Positions 31,001-40,248 of a stretch of 64,000 nucleotides of DNA are shown one piece after another. The position numbers and the translations under genes were made by a program. The notes below the pieces were generated by a model. That model worked only from the letters and a program-made list of their open reading frames with translations, had not been told where the DNA came from and ran no database searches. The stretch is from Myxococcales bacterium (GTDB lineage Bacteria > Myxococcota_A > Polyangia > Fen-1088). Position 1 is the stretch's first letter; every line of letters begins with the position of its first letter. Location of the stretch: assembly GCA_022184915.1 (NCBI GenBank), contig JAGTJU010000001.1, forward strand, positions 868,057-932,056. The letters are read 5' to 3'.

Positions 31001-32050
31001 CACGATGAGCCGCGTCTCCATTTTCCGGTAGCCCACCTCACCGTTCTTGTCGATCACCTTGCGCAAGAACGTCTTGTAGAACCGCGTGTTGGGCGGGATG
31101 AAGAAGTCCTTCGTCTCCGGGTTGTAGCGAATCTTTTGACCCACGGGCACGCGCACGTAGCGCATCTTCGAGGCGTTATCGGAAAACAGCGTGTACGTGG
31201 GGGCGTAGCTAAAGACTCCGCGGCGCGCGAGTTCCGCCGAGTCGAGCGTCGCGAGGTCGGTCTCCACGAGCGTGTCAGGCAGGTCCGCAAAAGACGTCAT
31301 GCTCGCGAAGCGCGCATCGAGCGCCTTCGCCTCGTCTTGCACGATCTCGAGCTTCTGGGTGGGCAGACAACTGCCGATGTTGGTCAAGCCCGCTGCCATG
31401 GTCGCTGGCAGCCGGTAAGGCGCGGATGAGGGCGCGGGACTGCCTCCGGCAAGAGGCTCGTTGGTCTGGACCTGGAACACGTCGGGGAACTGCTGCTCTT
31501 CCCAGGCGAGCATTCTTTCGGCCAAGAGACGAAGAGGCTCGTTGGCCGCACGGCGGCTTCCGTCTCCCGAGCCGGGGGGCATGACCTTGTCGCGGTCAGC
31601 GGACAGAATGCGGGCGTGCGAAAGGCTGCCCAGGTCCGCACGCTGGGTGAAGGTTTCCAGGTTGATGGTGAACGTGCCCGTCACCCCCGACTTCAGGTCG
31701 GGCCGCGGCGCCGCGCCGACCGCCACCCCGTGGCAGCCGGCCTGCCCACAGCTCTTCTCGAAGTCCGTCCAGAGTTCTTGCTTCGTAATGCTGCGCGTGT
31801 TGTTTCCACCGCCGCTCCCCGGAGCGCCAGCCGCCGTGACCTCGCGGCGCGCCGCCAGGAGCTCGGCCTTGACCTCGCGGCAGGAGCCCGGTTGGGAGGG
31901 TGTCCCCGGCGTGCTCGGCGACGTGGGAACGAACGTCGATCCTGGGTCGTACCCATCAAAGGGCGCCTTGTCCGTCTTCTCGCTACAGCTCGGAAAGACG
32001 AACGAGGCACACAGGACAACTCCGAAGACACCGGCGTGGGCGAGGCGCAT
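28097..32050 (-). CDS. Large lipoprotein (1317 aa) with N-terminal PSCyt1-like (planctomycete cytochrome c-like) domain and three CxxCH motifs
   Basis: Lipobox FVFPSC. PSCyt1-like signature (CGQAGCHG ... GS...MPPG...LLAERMLAW). Additional CVECH, CAFCH and CQNCH motifs. Confidence 0.6.
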   Translation of the reverse strand: MRLAHAGVFGVVLCASFVFPSCSEKTDKAPFDGYDPGSTFVPTSPSTPGTPSQPGSCREVKAELLAARREVTAAGAPGSGGGNNTRSITKQELWTDFEKSCGQAGCHGVAVGAAPRPDLKSGVTGTFTINLETFTQRADLGSLSHARILSADRDKVMPPGSGDGSRRAANEPLRLLAERMLAWEEQQFPDVFQVQTNEPLAGGSPAPSSAPYRLPATMAAGLTNIGSCLPTQKLEIVQDEAKALDARFASMTSFADLPDTLVETDLATLDSAELARRGVFSYAPTYTLFSDNASKMRYVRVPVGQKIRYNPETKDFFIPPNTRFYKTFLRKVIDKNGEVGYRKMETRLIVSRPDELLPDGRYAVRSLMVIYAWDKDEQMARKIIDPLESGDPWADRLCPYVTDERAPRDPDKNPVSPESNRDTCTYMTSDELANAASGKIRHYPLPSRERCVECHMGSQNHSFILGFTPWHVDRRSADDEMSGVFEPPFADELEQLQRLIEWGVIEGIAPGEAKLEESQGTRKPRNKYEAVAQGYMMGNCAFCHNPTGFPTVQNPVLKDFDLFPSATGGVFQFPLEKYSPRAKVGPLQTLRHPYITPAIGDFELTDGFTGSETEKPNTKTLRELTSRELFPTLDYLPPVGPRSNNPGQNLDELDPVEGIFKFYGPWRSLIWRNVYTPFTYEEDNTLFIHMPRNVPGYDCRAQTIMAEWMLSIPSIPKLKKLAVNDPVTNTILVPGHEQYKKGATGFEQPYQEVKEGEFPYENVVAGDGNKLPDRDGRAYGYQNAVTEAELRLQRFRNSLTGSHCPDDDDTVDPGVAKGERKAPIDEGRLNGARVNVAAQGTLRDAVPDRAHWVVVDTTDRKDVWKPRRSQWKDILVDRSPSVPVSPEVSTVVDMLQGLFLDSEQERFATESLPMGFWAPECSESQEASTSSKRLSAWQAELASSSPSPGYQWLVAKEGPRFALRDGARRVHQQSRGEAVFRATCQNCHGRDIDSRSPLAATILELTGGGVRVANFLDGMLGPVAAPGQFAHTEFQGAKGGGTPADWLARYMVFMGMGGTLSAIPPIAVRLVSTSPFYGSAPKAGDNVKDANMLESARALCRSVLDLPWEVKFFRNPATAATGMYLDARSIVPFVENSGHLELWASLCGFRNTPTVRVFTEAFPSPAATENAADLFREPTGSVYLAKSPEGEWLYPQNHPVGTLDGRVEKGINANNLFAWCVAPKSEEDRQRAVSHFRLAGVDDEKDMPFCPSPVLARAFGNKGVHQLWPRSSALVPRLLDDWTRRGAMNAGVAAYYFLDGMTKKKLQPKIGFDECKR

Positions 32051-32082
32051 GGCGAAGCTCCCGGGTTACGGTCGTTGAAGCG

Positions 32083-33615
32083 TCAGAAACACTCAGCGTT
32101 GCATTTGAGAAAGGCCTCGTCGACGATCACGGTGGCGTTCCCCATGGGGTAGTTGAAGTCGAAGTAGCGCGCCAGCACATCGGTATTCACAGGGTTGTTT
32201 CCCGCGCCGGCCTTCATCTCCGCCGCGCAGTCACCCTCGGGCACGAACGAGGGATTCTCGCACTCGTCGATCTTGGCCTGTGAGTTGCCGCAATAGCACG
32301 CTGCTGGCGCGATGGCCGTCCAGCAGGTGGGGCTGGCGAGAATGCAGGAGAGCACCGAAGCGCAGAGTGCGTCAGGCTGACAAACCGTTGCGTTGAACTC
32401 GCCGACTTCGGTCCGGGTGGCGATGCACTCCAGACACAGGTTGTTCTCCTGCACCTCGAGCTTACACTCGACACAGGCGGGGTTCATGCTGTCGTCGCAT
32501 TCCTCGGCACCCTCGACCACCCCGTTACCACAGATGGGCACGATGGTGCACGTGTCGCTGCAAAGCTGGTTGGCCTCGAGCCCTGCGTCTCCATCGCATT
32601 GTTCGGACGCCTGGTTGACCGCACCGTCGCCACAGGTCGCGGCCGAGGAGATCTGACACTCTGGTGTGCAGCCCTGGCCCTCGCTGAGACCAGCCGTGCC
32701 GTCGCAGGCTTCGCCGGTTTGCACGATGCCGTCGCCGCAGCGTTCGATGGCGCAGGTGGACGAGCAGCCGTCGTTGTTCGTGGTGTTGCCGTCATCACAG
32801 GCCTCCGTGCCCTCTTGCTGACCGTCTCCGCATACGTTGGCCTGAAGACAGGACAGCCACACCTCTTCGGTGTCGAGGCAATCGTCGTCCTCGTACGTCA
32901 CGGAGACAAAGACCCCCGCGGCGGGCAGACCCGTGAACGGATCCGCTGCGGAGGCTGTGCCCAGACCACTGCAGGTGAAGGCTTTGCATGCGAACGCGCC
33001 CTCGTGGCAGGTGCCGTCACCGAGCGTGCCCTGCGCAGTCTGGGCCGCGTCGTTGCGGAGCGACCAGGTCAACGAGGGCGTACCCACGACGGCAGCGTCG
33101 TGAAGAAGCACGTTCACCGCGGTGGAACTGCCCAGGAGCACGTCCGCAGGGGCCGCGTAGATCGTCTTGATCCGATCGGCGGAGCAGTCTTTGTACGCGA
33201 CGGTGGCGCGCACCCGTGCCCCGCCGCCGCCATTGGAGATGCCGCTGCAGAGCAGGGTGACCTGCACGTCTACCGTGGATGCGGGCACCACCGAGAAGGT
33301 CTTGCTGCCCTGACACTCGAAACCCTCGCCGGTCTTGGTGCCCAGGGTCACCACGCACTCTCCGGCCGCAAGGCCGCCGAAAACGGCCAGGATGCGTCCG
33401 TCTTGCACCTGCAACGTCCTGGTGATGTCCACGCCACTGCCGGCGCAGACGAGCTTCAGATCGACAGACTGCACGGTTTGGCCTTCCGGCACGTCCAGCT
33501 CGAAGCGAACGCTCCCCGTGGGGCGTCCCGATGTGTCCCCGTCGCCGCAAGCGACGAGGGACGTAACGAGGGCAAGGGCAAAAGCGGCGCGAAGACGCGT
33601 GAGGGTCTGGATCAT
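32083..33615 (-). CDS. Cys-rich-repeat lipoprotein, paralog A
   Basis: Lipobox LVTSLVAC. N-terminal Ig-like region, then CGDG/CDDGN repeats. The C-terminal 110 aa are highly similar to the paralog at 36150..37682. Start trimmed to MIQTLTRL (510 aa). Confidence 0.7.
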   Translation of the reverse strand: MIQTLTRLRAAFALALVTSLVACGDGDTSGRPTGSVRFELDVPEGQTVQSVDLKLVCAGSGVDITRTLQVQDGRILAVFGGLAAGECVVTLGTKTGEGFECQGSKTFSVVPASTVDVQVTLLCSGISNGGGGARVRATVAYKDCSADRIKTIYAAPADVLLGSSTAVNVLLHDAAVVGTPSLTWSLRNDAAQTAQGTLGDGTCHEGAFACKAFTCSGLGTASAADPFTGLPAAGVFVSVTYEDDDCLDTEEVWLSCLQANVCGDGQQEGTEACDDGNTTNNDGCSSTCAIERCGDGIVQTGEACDGTAGLSEGQGCTPECQISSAATCGDGAVNQASEQCDGDAGLEANQLCSDTCTIVPICGNGVVEGAEECDDSMNPACVECKLEVQENNLCLECIATRTEVGEFNATVCQPDALCASVLSCILASPTCWTAIAPAACYCGNSQAKIDECENPSFVPEGDCAAEMKAGAGNNPVNTDVLARYFDFNYPMGNATVIVDEAFLKCNAECF

Positions 33616-33770
33616 GAGAGGTCTCCCGGTTGGTGCCGAAGGCACGGGATGAACGCGATACGAGCCTTTCATACATCCCGGAACGCAGGGTCTTCGTGAC
33701 GATTCCGTGGCAGCTCGCGCAGGCGCGCGCAGAGGGCTGCCGATCTCCGGAGCAGCTCTTCGATAATCGG

Positions 33771-34691
33771 TCACCTCGCGCTCGGGCGCCTTCGCCACGG
33801 TCTTGCGGCAAGGCCAAGCGCAAGCACGAGCCACGCCCAATGTTCAGGGGTGGCCCTGTGTCGACTGGCAAACGTGCACCCGCCGGCTGCCTCCGGCGGG
33901 ACTGCGGCGCAGGCTGTCGGATTCAAGGCGGCAGGCGTTGATGGGGTGGGCGTACAGGCGAGCGCTGGGGCTACGGGCGGGAAGAGGGCGCAGATGCCGG
34001 CCACGTCGTCGGCGGTGAGCCCCCGATAAGCCTCGACCGCATACGAGCGAAACATCAGAGCCTGCGGGTCCTGCGAGTGGGCCAGCCCCAGCGCGTGACC
34101 GGCTTCGTGGAGCGCCACGGTGGCAAGGTGGCCGCGTACCGATGCTGCATCGTCGCGGCGCAACTGTAGCCACAATTCGTTCAGTTCCACGTCGGCGTCG
34201 AAGACGCGTCCGTCGGGGAGTGTGAAAACGGGCGTGGTTCTTCCGGCCACGACCCCCGTGGCGAGTGTGATGACCGGCGGGTTCGGAAACTGGGGGCTGA
34301 TGCCCCAAACGTCGATGTTGTCTTCAGGAAGCGCTGTGCACGCAAACGGCAAGGCCGCATCAACCGGCGCCGCCACACTCACGGCGAAACGCGGTGGCGC
34401 TCCCGCACAGTCGACGGAAGCCCACGTCTCGAAGGCCTGTCGCACGAGCGCGGTCAGCTCGTCGTCGCTCACGCCCACCCGCACGCCGCTGCTTCGTTGA
34501 ACCGCCAGAGTCAGGCACGGGCTGCTGCGCCTGAGCGGTGCGCCTTGTATCGAGCACCCAGCCGCGTCGCGCTGGCAGGCCGCCCCGTCCGTTGCATCGG
34601 GATCGCATTGCCTCGCCAGGCAAAATGCCATCGCACGACTCTGTCCGAACCCGAACGCCACAAGGACCAAAAGCAACCTTGCAGCGCGCAT
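33771..34691 (-). CDS. Secreted M10-family (matrixin-like) zinc metalloprotease with MYXO-CTERM-like sorting tail
   Basis: HEAGHALGLAHS (HExxHxxGxxH) plus Met-turn ALMF. C-terminal GGC...hydrophobic helix...RRRPSAR tail. Confidence 0.75.
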   Translation of the reverse strand: MRAARLLLVLVAFGFGQSRAMAFCLARQCDPDATDGAACQRDAAGCSIQGAPLRRSSPCLTLAVQRSSGVRVGVSDDELTALVRQAFETWASVDCAGAPPRFAVSVAAPVDAALPFACTALPEDNIDVWGISPQFPNPPVITLATGVVAGRTTPVFTLPDGRVFDADVELNELWLQLRRDDAASVRGHLATVALHEAGHALGLAHSQDPQALMFRSYAVEAYRGLTADDVAGICALFPPVAPALACTPTPSTPAALNPTACAAVPPEAAGGCTFASRHRATPEHWAWLVLALGLAARPWRRRPSAR

Positions 34692-34718
34692 GTGGAGGAC
34701 CTGGCCAAAGTTCGTTGG

Positions 34719-35909
34719 CTAGTGACCCTGGGAAACCGAGCCCGCGCCCAAATCCTGAAGGGCTGCGTGGGCCTTCCGTGACAACGCCGAGGCGGCGTCG
34801 CCCTCGGCGAAACGTGTGGCGAGGGCCAAGGTCTCCTTGTCCGGAAACTGTTCCGCCAGGATTCCAAGGGCTTGCACCCGCTCGCCCTCCCGCGCGTTGG
34901 CATCCTTGACCACTGCCAAGGCGAGCTTCTTGAGGCGCGAACATTGGGCTCGGGTCGGGTCGCCATACGCATTGCGGGCGTCGGCGCCACAGAGGCTCTG
35001 GTATACGTCGAGTCCTGCCGCCAGGGGCTTTCCCGCCGCAAGCCGCGCCTCGTCGCTGGCCAAAACGTTTTCGAGGTAGGGGCTTCCACACGAGGCCAAA
35101 AAGGCGTGGGCCCGCGTGACGATGACGGCCCGCGTGTCCTTCGTGAGGTCCTTCATCCAGTCGCATACCTGCTTGTTTTCTTCGAGGGTGCGCCCGCCCA
35201 GGGCGCGGGGCGCTTCCACGGCAGCCACAGACACCTCGAGCGAGTCACTCCGGGCAACGTCCCAGAGCTTCTCGAAGACCCTCAACCGGGCCGTGGTCAT
35301 GATGTTGCGGTAAACCGCGGAGGCCAGTTTCTGCTTTCCAGGCTGGTCGATGAGCGGGTAAAGCTCGCCCTCGAGACCCACGGAGCCCACGACATGGGTG
35401 AGCACGGGTGCCACGTCGAGCGCCTGGGCCTCGGGAAGCGCTGCAAACTGCGCCATGAGCTTGCGCGTGATCTCCTTGTTCGGCACCGTGCCTGCGTTCT
35501 TGGCGTAGGCGCGCGCCAAAAGCTCGGCGGCGGCCGTTTTCATCTTGTCATCGCCGGTTTCGAGGACGAACGAGACCGTCTGCAGAACGCCGTGGCGCGG
35601 CTTGAGCCCCCGTGCACAGATCTTGACGATGTTCTCGAAGTAGTCGGAGTTGCACGACAAGGCCGAACGGGCCACATCGACGTTGCACCGGCGGGCCATG
35701 TTCCAAAAACCCTTGTAGACGTCCTTGTCTACGAAGGTGGGCAGCTTGGCCAGGGTCTCTTCGAGCTCCACCGCGGGATCGGCGGGCTTGACCTGAACGG
35801 GTGCCTGGGGCACCGCGGGTTTCCGCTTGCAACCGGGAAAACACGCTCCCACGAACGCAAAGAGCCAGAGCGAGCGGAGAACATTCTTCGAGGTGAGGGT
35901 TCTTTTCAT
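34719..35909 (-). CDS. Helical-repeat (HEAT/ARM-like) lipoprotein, hypothetical
   Basis: Lipobox LFAFVGAC. Alpha-helical repeat composition. Start trimmed to MKRTLTSKN; the ORF-track start is at 36131. Confidence 0.45.
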   Translation of the reverse strand: MKRTLTSKNVLRSLWLFAFVGACFPGCKRKPAVPQAPVQVKPADPAVELEETLAKLPTFVDKDVYKGFWNMARRCNVDVARSALSCNSDYFENIVKICARGLKPRHGVLQTVSFVLETGDDKMKTAAAELLARAYAKNAGTVPNKEITRKLMAQFAALPEAQALDVAPVLTHVVGSVGLEGELYPLIDQPGKQKLASAVYRNIMTTARLRVFEKLWDVARSDSLEVSVAAVEAPRALGGRTLEENKQVCDWMKDLTKDTRAVIVTRAHAFLASCGSPYLENVLASDEARLAAGKPLAAGLDVYQSLCGADARNAYGDPTRAQCSRLKKLALAVVKDANAREGERVQALGILAEQFPDKETLALATRFAEGDAASALSRKAHAALQDLGAGSVSQGH

Positions 35910-36076
35910 GGCGTCACCAGACATTGGGGCACCGGCGGCATGTTCCCGCCTGAGCGCTCCGCTCGTTTGCCATTCCGTCGGTTCGCAAGCCAGACCAGAA
36001 GAGCCCGTACGGCGAACTTTTCCCGCGCCGTAACCAAACCGATGATTGACTTTCACCGAGCCGCCACATTTTGAGC

Positions 36077-36114
36077 CCGGCGTGCCAAAAAAGAAAAGGG
36101 GCCCGCGGCCTAAG
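36077..36114 (-). terminator. Terminator-like hairpin with T-rich tail after Cys-rich lipoprotein paralog B
   Basis: On the minus strand, GGGGCCC...GGGCCCC stem followed by TTTTCTTTTTT. Confidence 0.55.
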
Positions 36115-36149
36115 CCGGGGCCCCTCGTCAAGCTTCTCTCTTTAGTAGC

Positions 36150-37682
36150 TTAGAAGCACTGGGCGTTGCAGCTGATGAAAGCCGAGTCCCAGATGACCGT
36201 CGCGTTGCCCATCGAGTAGTTGAAGTCGAAGTAGCGCGCGAGCACGTCTGCGTTCGCAGGGTTTTCGCCGGCGCCGGCCTTCATGATGGCCGCGCAGTCA
36301 CCCTGCGGAACGAAGCTGGGGTTTTCACAAGCGTCGATGTCCGCTTGGCTATTGCCACAGTAGCACGCTGCAGGAGCGATCTCGGTCCAGCAGGTGGGGT
36401 TGGCCTTGAGGCAGGACAGAACGTCCGCACAAGCCTGGTCGGGCGTACACACGCCGGCCAGGAACTCGCCGATCTCGGGAAGAGTCGAAAGGCAAGGCGT
36501 GCAGAGGTCCTCTGCGACGCGCTTACAAGCCACGCAGGTTGCGGAGGTCTCGTCGCACTCCTCACCGGCCTCGACCACACCGTTGCCACACGCCACGACG
36601 ATCTTGCAGTCGGCGCCGCAGGTTTGGCCAGGCACGATGCCGTCGGTGCCGTCGCACTCTTCAGAGGGCTGATTCTTGGCGCCGTCGCCGCAGACGGGGT
36701 TGTTGATGAGCGACTTGCAGTCCGAAGCGCAAGCCTGATTGGCGCCCACGCCCACCGTGCCGTCACACACTTCTTGCAGACCGGCCTGGATGATGCCGTC
36801 GCCACAGCTTTCGACCACGCAGCTCGCCGAGCAGCCGTCCTCGCTGGTGAGGTTGCCGTCGTCACAAGCCTCGGCGCCTTCCTTGGCACCGTCGCCACAC
36901 TGGCTGGCCTGAACGCACTGTACCCACACCTCTTCGGTGTCGAAGCAGTCGTCGTCCTCGAACTTCAGGCTGACGAACACGCCCGCCGAAGGCAGACCCG
37001 TGCGGGTGTCGACCACGGGGCTCGCGCCAAGGCCGGTGCAGGTGAAGGCCTGGCAGGCCGACGAGCCGGCTGCGCAGGTGGCCGTGGCCAAAGTGCCCAC
37101 GCCCGTGTTGGTCGCGTCATTGCGCACCGACCAAGAGAAGGCGGGGGTTCCCACGACCGCGCCGGCGTGCACCTCGGCCTCGACCGTGGTGCTCTCGCCC
37201 GTGAGGACGTTGGCGGGGATGGCGTAGACCTTCTTGATACGGTCAGCGCTGCAAGCACGCTTGTCGAACGTGGGGATGACCACGGCGGCGCCGTCATCGC
37301 TCATGTTCACAGCCTGGCAGAGCAAGGTGACCTCCACCTCGACGGTCTGTCCGGCCACAACGGTGAAGGCCTTCGAGCCGGTGCAGTCCGTGCCGTCAGA
37401 GGCCTGCGTGGCCAGGCTCACGGTGCAGTCGCCGGGGGTGAGACCACCGAACGAAGCCGTTACCGATCCCTTGACCACATTCAGCACGTGGCTCTGGGTC
37501 ACGTTGCTGGCGGGGCACGAGATCTGGAGGTTGATGGTGTCGACCGTCTGCTCGTCGGGCAGGGTCAGGTCGAAGTTGACGGACCCGGTGGTGGGCGAGT
37601 TGGCGCCCTCGGGGCCGCCGCTACAAGCGGCCAGCGTAAGGCCGGCGACAAGCGCGCCGACGGTTCCGAAGTTCTTGAACAT
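36150..37682 (-). CDS. Cys-rich-repeat lipoprotein, paralog B
   Basis: Same architecture and length (510 aa) as 32083..33615. Lipobox LTLAAC. GGAG RBS. About 80% nt identity over the 3' 250 nt by eye. Confidence 0.7.
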   Translation of the reverse strand: MFKNFGTVGALVAGLTLAACSGGPEGANSPTTGSVNFDLTLPDEQTVDTINLQISCPASNVTQSHVLNVVKGSVTASFGGLTPGDCTVSLATQASDGTDCTGSKAFTVVAGQTVEVEVTLLCQAVNMSDDGAAVVIPTFDKRACSADRIKKVYAIPANVLTGESTTVEAEVHAGAVVGTPAFSWSVRNDATNTGVGTLATATCAAGSSACQAFTCTGLGASPVVDTRTGLPSAGVFVSLKFEDDDCFDTEEVWVQCVQASQCGDGAKEGAEACDDGNLTSEDGCSASCVVESCGDGIIQAGLQEVCDGTVGVGANQACASDCKSLINNPVCGDGAKNQPSEECDGTDGIVPGQTCGADCKIVVACGNGVVEAGEECDETSATCVACKRVAEDLCTPCLSTLPEIGEFLAGVCTPDQACADVLSCLKANPTCWTEIAPAACYCGNSQADIDACENPSFVPQGDCAAIMKAGAGENPANADVLARYFDFNYSMGNATVIWDSAFISCNAQCF

Positions 37683-38097
37683 GGTTTGCTCCTGGTTGTC
37701 TTTGTGGTTGAACACGATGATCTGTCGCGCGGCATGAACCTGGCGACGTGGTCTGAATCGAGTCCCTCGTATACCCCGCAAGGGCGGAGGCCCGGTGTGA
37801 CGATCCGGTCGCAAGTCTTCGACGGAACACGTCCGCTTCTCCTGGAATCGGTGAGGTCACCGATTCAAAGTGTTCGATTATCGGAGATATCGTCATGGCG
37901 GGCGTGGCCCGTGCGTCCAAGGCTTGGTCGCGCGACAGATGCGGTCGATGCGTGGTCTTTTGGTCGCGGTTCGTTTTCTGAATCGTAACCCCTCGCGGGG
38001 AATGCCCGGGCTATACGACTCCTGCCTCGAAAGGGTATTCCGCCAACTTCGAACCGCTTGGTCGCTGCACATGAGCGATCATCCAGGAGGAACGACA

Positions 38098-40074
38098 ATG
38101 AATCGCACCATGAGACTCGTAGCGGGTTCCGTGTTCGTGCTGGGCATGACGAGCCCGGCATTCGCACAGAATCCCAACTTCATCGACACCACCCGCGCCA
38201 CGCCCAACGCCATCTCGGGCTCCGACACGCTCAACAAGGTGATGGACGACCTGCTCCTTCAGCTTCCGCTTTCGGGCGGCATCAACACCTACTTCGGCTG
38301 CGGTTCGTCCTGCGGCGAGCGTCAACTTGCCGGCTCGCCCAGCTCCGGCGATGGTGCCAACAATGGTTGTACACCCTCTGACGGCAACGGTGCTCCCGAA
38401 GCCAACCCTGGCTGCCAGGAGATCTCGGGCATGTCCCGCCCGCTTCAAAGCGGCATCTGCGATGACGACCCCAACTTCCCCGGCAGCACGAACGATCAGG
38501 CCGAGGGCCTTGCGTTCTGCGCCGACGGCCTCGTGATCCTCGGCAACAACGATTCCATCGGCGCCTACGGCACCGACGCAGCATCGTGCGCCGCCTACTT
38601 CGCGTCGTCCACCACGCCGAACACGGGTAACCAGTTCCCGGATCGTGGAGTGGGCGCTCTCCGCAACAGCGGTACCCTGGCCAGCGGGTATCAGATCGCG
38701 GACTGGAAAGACGTGATTCGGCTCGTATACACGGGCTGTACCAACGCCGACGGCACCTGCGCGAACACCACCAACCGCGTGACCCGCTGTGGGAGCGCCG
38801 TGCGCCGCGAAGTCGTCGAGAACTGGGGAAATCTTTTCCAGGGCGTGGCTTGCTCGCAGAGCGGCGGCTGCCCTTCGGGCCTCGTGCGCGCGTTCCGTCG
38901 CGACGATGCCTCTGGTACGACCGGCGTGTTCCTCGAGCTCATCGGCGTGGCGTTCAACGTGTCCACCAACATCACCTCACGCGCAGACGTGGTTTCGGGC
39001 ATTCCCCGCGCCATCACGCCCATGCCTGCGAACCTCTCGTTCTGCGACGGTGGCGACATCGAAGGTGTGATCCCAACGAACTTCGGCCCGAGTGGTGAAG
39101 CCGCCTTCGATCTGGGCGACCCGATCCGCACGGCGTGCCTTGCCGAGGACGACATCTGCGCCCGCGACGGCCGGCTCGGTCTCGTCCGCGCCATCCGCTC
39201 CACCGACACGGCCACCGTGGCCCAGGCCTATCCGGACTATCAATGCAAGCGCCTCTTCGCCTACCAGCAGTACATCAACGCGGCCTTGAACATTTGCCCC
39301 GACGGCACGAAGACCTCGGCGGGTCGCTGCCGCTTCCCCTACTACGAGGACGGCGCCTTCCGTACCTTCAACTGCATCGCGAACCAACGCTCTGCGTCTC
39401 CGGCCGCTCCGGCGGGCACCGACGGCCGTTCGTACAACTTCGTGGTCCACGCAGACGACGGCACCGTCTCCTTTGCCGACTTGAACCGCCGTCTGCCCGT
39501 CACCGCCTACTGGCGTCACAACATGGCCGTGCTGAACAACAGCGCGCTCGCCAACGGCAAGGTCCTCACGGCCGCCGACGTGGTCTGCCAGGAGAGCGAC
39601 GCCACGCGGAACATCGGTTGCCTCACGGCCAACTCGAAGTGCACCCTGGGCTACGCAGGCCGCGAAGCGGCGTTCAACAACTCGCAGCCCACGGTTCACC
39701 TGTCAAACGAGCCCGTCAAGCTGAATGGCTTTCCACCCTCGGGTGAGGCCGTTTCGGCCGGCAGCTACCCGTTCTCGCGCCTCCTCTTCATGAACGCCTC
39801 GCGCGGCTTCGAGAACATCATGGAGGATTGCAAGAACCGGGGCGGCACGAAGGCCTACTGCGAGGACCAGGTCCGCATCGCGCAGGAGTTCTTCACGGTG
39901 GGGCAGCCGGGCAACGTGCTCGGCGACATCTGCAGCAACGCGGGCTTCATTCCGCTGCCTGCCGCGCTGTGCGTGGGTGCTCAGGGCAGCGCTGGCTGTG
40001 GCGCTCCTTCGAGCCAGCCCCTCTCGGCATGCGCGATCGACGCCCGTTCGTATGACTCGCTCGTGAACAACTAA
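38098..40074 (+). CDS. PstS-like (PBP superfamily) secreted binding protein with large Cys-rich insertions
   Basis: AGGAGG RBS 8 nt upstream. Signal peptide ending AFAQ. GS.CG and SYPFSRLLFMN motifs resemble the PstS family's YP.SRPLY. At 659 aa it is about twice the usual length, with many paired Cys. Confidence 0.5.
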   Translation: MNRTMRLVAGSVFVLGMTSPAFAQNPNFIDTTRATPNAISGSDTLNKVMDDLLLQLPLSGGINTYFGCGSSCGERQLAGSPSSGDGANNGCTPSDGNGAPEANPGCQEISGMSRPLQSGICDDDPNFPGSTNDQAEGLAFCADGLVILGNNDSIGAYGTDAASCAAYFASSTTPNTGNQFPDRGVGALRNSGTLASGYQIADWKDVIRLVYTGCTNADGTCANTTNRVTRCGSAVRREVVENWGNLFQGVACSQSGGCPSGLVRAFRRDDASGTTGVFLELIGVAFNVSTNITSRADVVSGIPRAITPMPANLSFCDGGDIEGVIPTNFGPSGEAAFDLGDPIRTACLAEDDICARDGRLGLVRAIRSTDTATVAQAYPDYQCKRLFAYQQYINAALNICPDGTKTSAGRCRFPYYEDGAFRTFNCIANQRSASPAAPAGTDGRSYNFVVHADDGTVSFADLNRRLPVTAYWRHNMAVLNNSALANGKVLTAADVVCQESDATRNIGCLTANSKCTLGYAGREAAFNNSQPTVHLSNEPVKLNGFPPSGEAVSAGSYPFSRLLFMNASRGFENIMEDCKNRGGTKAYCEDQVRIAQEFFTVGQPGNVLGDICSNAGFIPLPAALCVGAQGSAGCGAPSSQPLSACAIDARSYDSLVNN

Positions 40075-40127
40075 GCCCTTGGGGCTTTACTGAGGGGCGC
40101 CTGTCCAGGGCGCTCCGGGACGGAAAA

Positions 40128-40160
40128 GGGCAGGTCACCTCGTGGGGCCTGCCCTTTTTT
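40128..40160 (+). terminator. Rho-independent terminator after the PstS-like gene
   Basis: GGGCAGG-loop-CCTGCCC followed by TTTTTT. Confidence 0.75.
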
Positions 40161-40248
40161 GTATCCGGATCCTCGTGGCAAGGGTTGTCACCGTAAGTTG
40201 ACACGACTGTTCGCTTCCGCCCGCCACGGCCCGTGTATAAGACGGTAG

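Noticed and set aside
40187-40242. Sigma-70-like promoter upstream of the Kazal gene (TTGACA at 40199, TATAAG at 40237). A similar GTATAAGAC is upstream of the sigma-54 activator (44657).
   Set aside because: The -35/-10 spacing is 32 nt (27 nt for the second), which is incompatible with sigma-70. The shared GTATAAGAC 9-mer is noted but has no supporting context.
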